Origin: Leucoraja erinacea
Lineage: Eukaryota
NCBI RefSeq assembly: GCF_028641065.1
Contig: NC_073411.1
Coordinates: 14,136,001 to 14,200,000 of the forward strand
Reading direction: 5' to 3'
DNA: 64,000 nt
Made by a program: the position numbers and the translations under genes. The notes under the pieces are model-generated. The model was not told where the DNA came from and searched no databases. It saw nothing but the letters and a program-made list of their open reading frames with translations. This document shows positions 61,959 through 64,000 of the stretch, one piece after another; position 1 is the stretch's first letter, and each line of letters starts with the position of its first letter.

Positions 61959-63913
61959 CTGTAAGAAGAGAGCAACTAGTCAGTCGGAAATACTTTCCCC
62001 TCCGTTGCCAACTCGAGAACGGGTGTTCAGTGTTGAGAAAGAATCACTCTTATGTATAGACAGACACAAAACGTTGGAGTAACTACGCGGGTCAGGCAGC
62101 ATCTCTGTAGAAAATGGATGTGACGTCCTGGGTCGGTACCCTTCTTCAGATGTCTGAAGGGACCCGACGCAAAATATCACCTATCCATTTTCTCCAGTCT
62201 GGTATCTCACTCTGGTGTCAAAGTTGTTTACCTAAGCATTATCTTGGTCTCCTCGCCCTGGATACCCCCAATCATAGTATCAAACTCTTTCTATCGAACC
62301 CACCTCATTCAATCATAATGTTCAACACCCTCGGTCAAGTCCCCTTTGCTCTAATGTAGGGAAACCCCCTTTTCCTTATTTACCTCAGCCAACCCCATCG
62401 ATTAGGAGACGGGGGTGAGAAGAGTGGAGAGGAAGAGAGAGCAGAATTCCTCAGGCAGTGAATCCGTGCCATATGCTGCCGATTGAATGAGGTGCCTATT
62501 CCCTTTGGCAGGAGAATGGGGTTAAGAGGGAAAAATTGATCAGCCATGATCGAATGGCGAAGCAGACGCGATGGGCCGAATGGCCTCATTCTGCTCCTGC
62601 ATCTTATGGTCTATGATTTTTCCCAGCCCAATCCACATGCGATCGTGATCCCACAAATCCTTCCCTTTTACACTGCCCATCTCTCCCCAAATCCAAAGCA
62701 GTTTATTTCATCAAATTCAATTCGCCAAACCTCTCCTCCCACTGACGTTACAGTGCAGTACAACTTCCCGAGTGATCTAAGAAATCCGTGTGGCCGGCAG
62801 TGTCTTGTCCTTACCTGGAACCTCTCCAGCTCTCCGGTGACCGCAGCCTGTGCCTTGGCGAGAGGGGTGTGGCACCGCTCGATACAATGATGAACCTCTT
62901 CCATGGACGAGTTGCCATTGTCGCAGCAGTCAGCACTGCACCGAAACATTCTTCCCTGTGGAGGCAAAGCAAACACACAGTGATATCATTCACTTATTCC
63001 CCACACCGCACATGTACCTCAAGGTACATCTCATCTGTTTGGTTTATTATTGTCACTTGTACCAAGGTTGTTGCATGCTATCCCGTCAGCGTGTTGGGAG
63101 AGCTACTGCCTTACAATGCCAGAGACCCAGGTTTGATCCCGACTACAGGTGCTGTCTGTACGGAGTTTGTACCTTCTCCCTGTGACCTACATGAGTTTTC
63201 GCAGAGATCTTCGGTTTCCTCACACACTCCAAAGACATAGTTTGTAGGTTAATTGGCTTGGTATAAAGGTAAAAAATTGTCCCTAGTGTGCGTAGGGTAG
63301 TGTTAGTGTGCGGGGATCACTGGTCGGTGCGGACTCGGTGGGCCGAAGGGCCTGTTTCCACGTTGTATCTCTAAACTAAACAAAACTATACATGGTTACA
63401 ATCAAGCCATCTACAGTGTACAGATACAGGTTAAAGGGAATAACGTTGTGTGAAGAAGCGCATAGTTAGAGTAAGGAATGCAGCTGTTAAAATATAGATT
63501 TAAAACAGGGGAGCCCCCACCCATGGGAGAGATCACCCCACCTACCCCACCCATGTAAAGGGGCACCTACTACACCCATGGGAGAGATCACCCCACCCAA
63601 GTGAGATCCCTACCCCACCCATGGGAGATCCCTACACCCATGGGAGATCCCTACCCCACCCATGGGAGACAGCATGCCCATCCCCTCCCACCCCACCTAT
63701 GACAGAGGACATCTAAGGGTGCCCGCGCTGCCCTTTGCCCTCTGTCCCTTTCACCTTGAGCCCGCCGCCATCGAGCGCGGCCCCACGGTCACCCCACCCC
63801 ACCCCACCCCGGCCCCGCACCTGCATCTTGCGGATCTGCTCCTTCTCCAGGCCCTGCACCATGGTGTCGACCGCCCGCTGTAGCCGGCGCTGCTGAGACT
63901 CGGCGCCCGCCAT
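61770..63913 (-). CDS. FAM136A: Protein FAM136A (140 aa, mitochondrial twin-CX3C-type protein)
   Basis: Exons 63913-63821 ([15 protein letters not shown]...IRKMQ), 62955-62815 ([11 protein letters not shown]...CIERCH...FQ), 61958-61770 ([16 protein letters not shown]...CVTKCVDDH...SIAK*). Conserved CX3C pattern; CpG-rich 5' end. Confidence 0.95.
62815..62955 (-). CDS. FAM136A: FAM136A coding exon 2
   Basis: 141 nt, CACAG|...|GTAAG. Confidence 0.93.
63090..63385 (+). mobile_element. HE1-type SINE in FAM136A intron 1
   Basis: Same head, core and tail. Confidence 0.8.
63515..63670. repeat. Short minisatellite (CCCATGGGAGATCCCTAC..., about 20-22 bp) in FAM136A intron 1
   Basis: About 6 imperfect copies. 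Confidence 0.75.
63821..63913 (-). CDS. FAM136A: FAM136A coding exon 1
   Basis: 93 nt, donor CAG|GTGCG. Confidence 0.9.
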
Positions 63914-64000
63914 CGCTCCACGCTGCCTCCCGGCCCGGCTCAACCCGGCCTGACCCAACGGTCCTCCACCGCCGGCGCCCCCTTCAGCCCGGAGCAGCAG

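Overview
Eukaryotic genomic DNA, very likely a cartilaginous fish (skate or ray-like): it is dense in CR1/HER1 LINE fragments, HE1-type tRNA-derived SINEs and Penelope-derived elements. Three spliced protein genes lie on the minus strand, each reconstructed by hand with GT-AG boundaries and consistent phases. They are FAM136A (3 exons, 140 aa), a large SLK/STK10-family Ste20 kinase (19 coding exons plus a candidate 27-nt microexon, about 1438 aa) and a 4-exon type IV neuronal intermediate filament gene resembling Xenopus XNIF (456 aa). An intact tRNA-Gly(CCC) gene lies at 13701-13771. The left 13 kb is nested retroelement debris with a G-rich minisatellite, a telomere-like tract, an orphan TATA/CCAAT/E2F promoter and an assembly gap. 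The most notable signal is a pervasive family of short Penelope-derived elements carrying a minimal hammerhead-ribozyme core (CUGAAGA-A-stem II-GAAA-CG-UH). Several copies are inserted as inverted pairs with target-site duplications, including an 846-bp palindrome inside a kinase intron. All homology statements come from recalled family knowledge, not from database searches.
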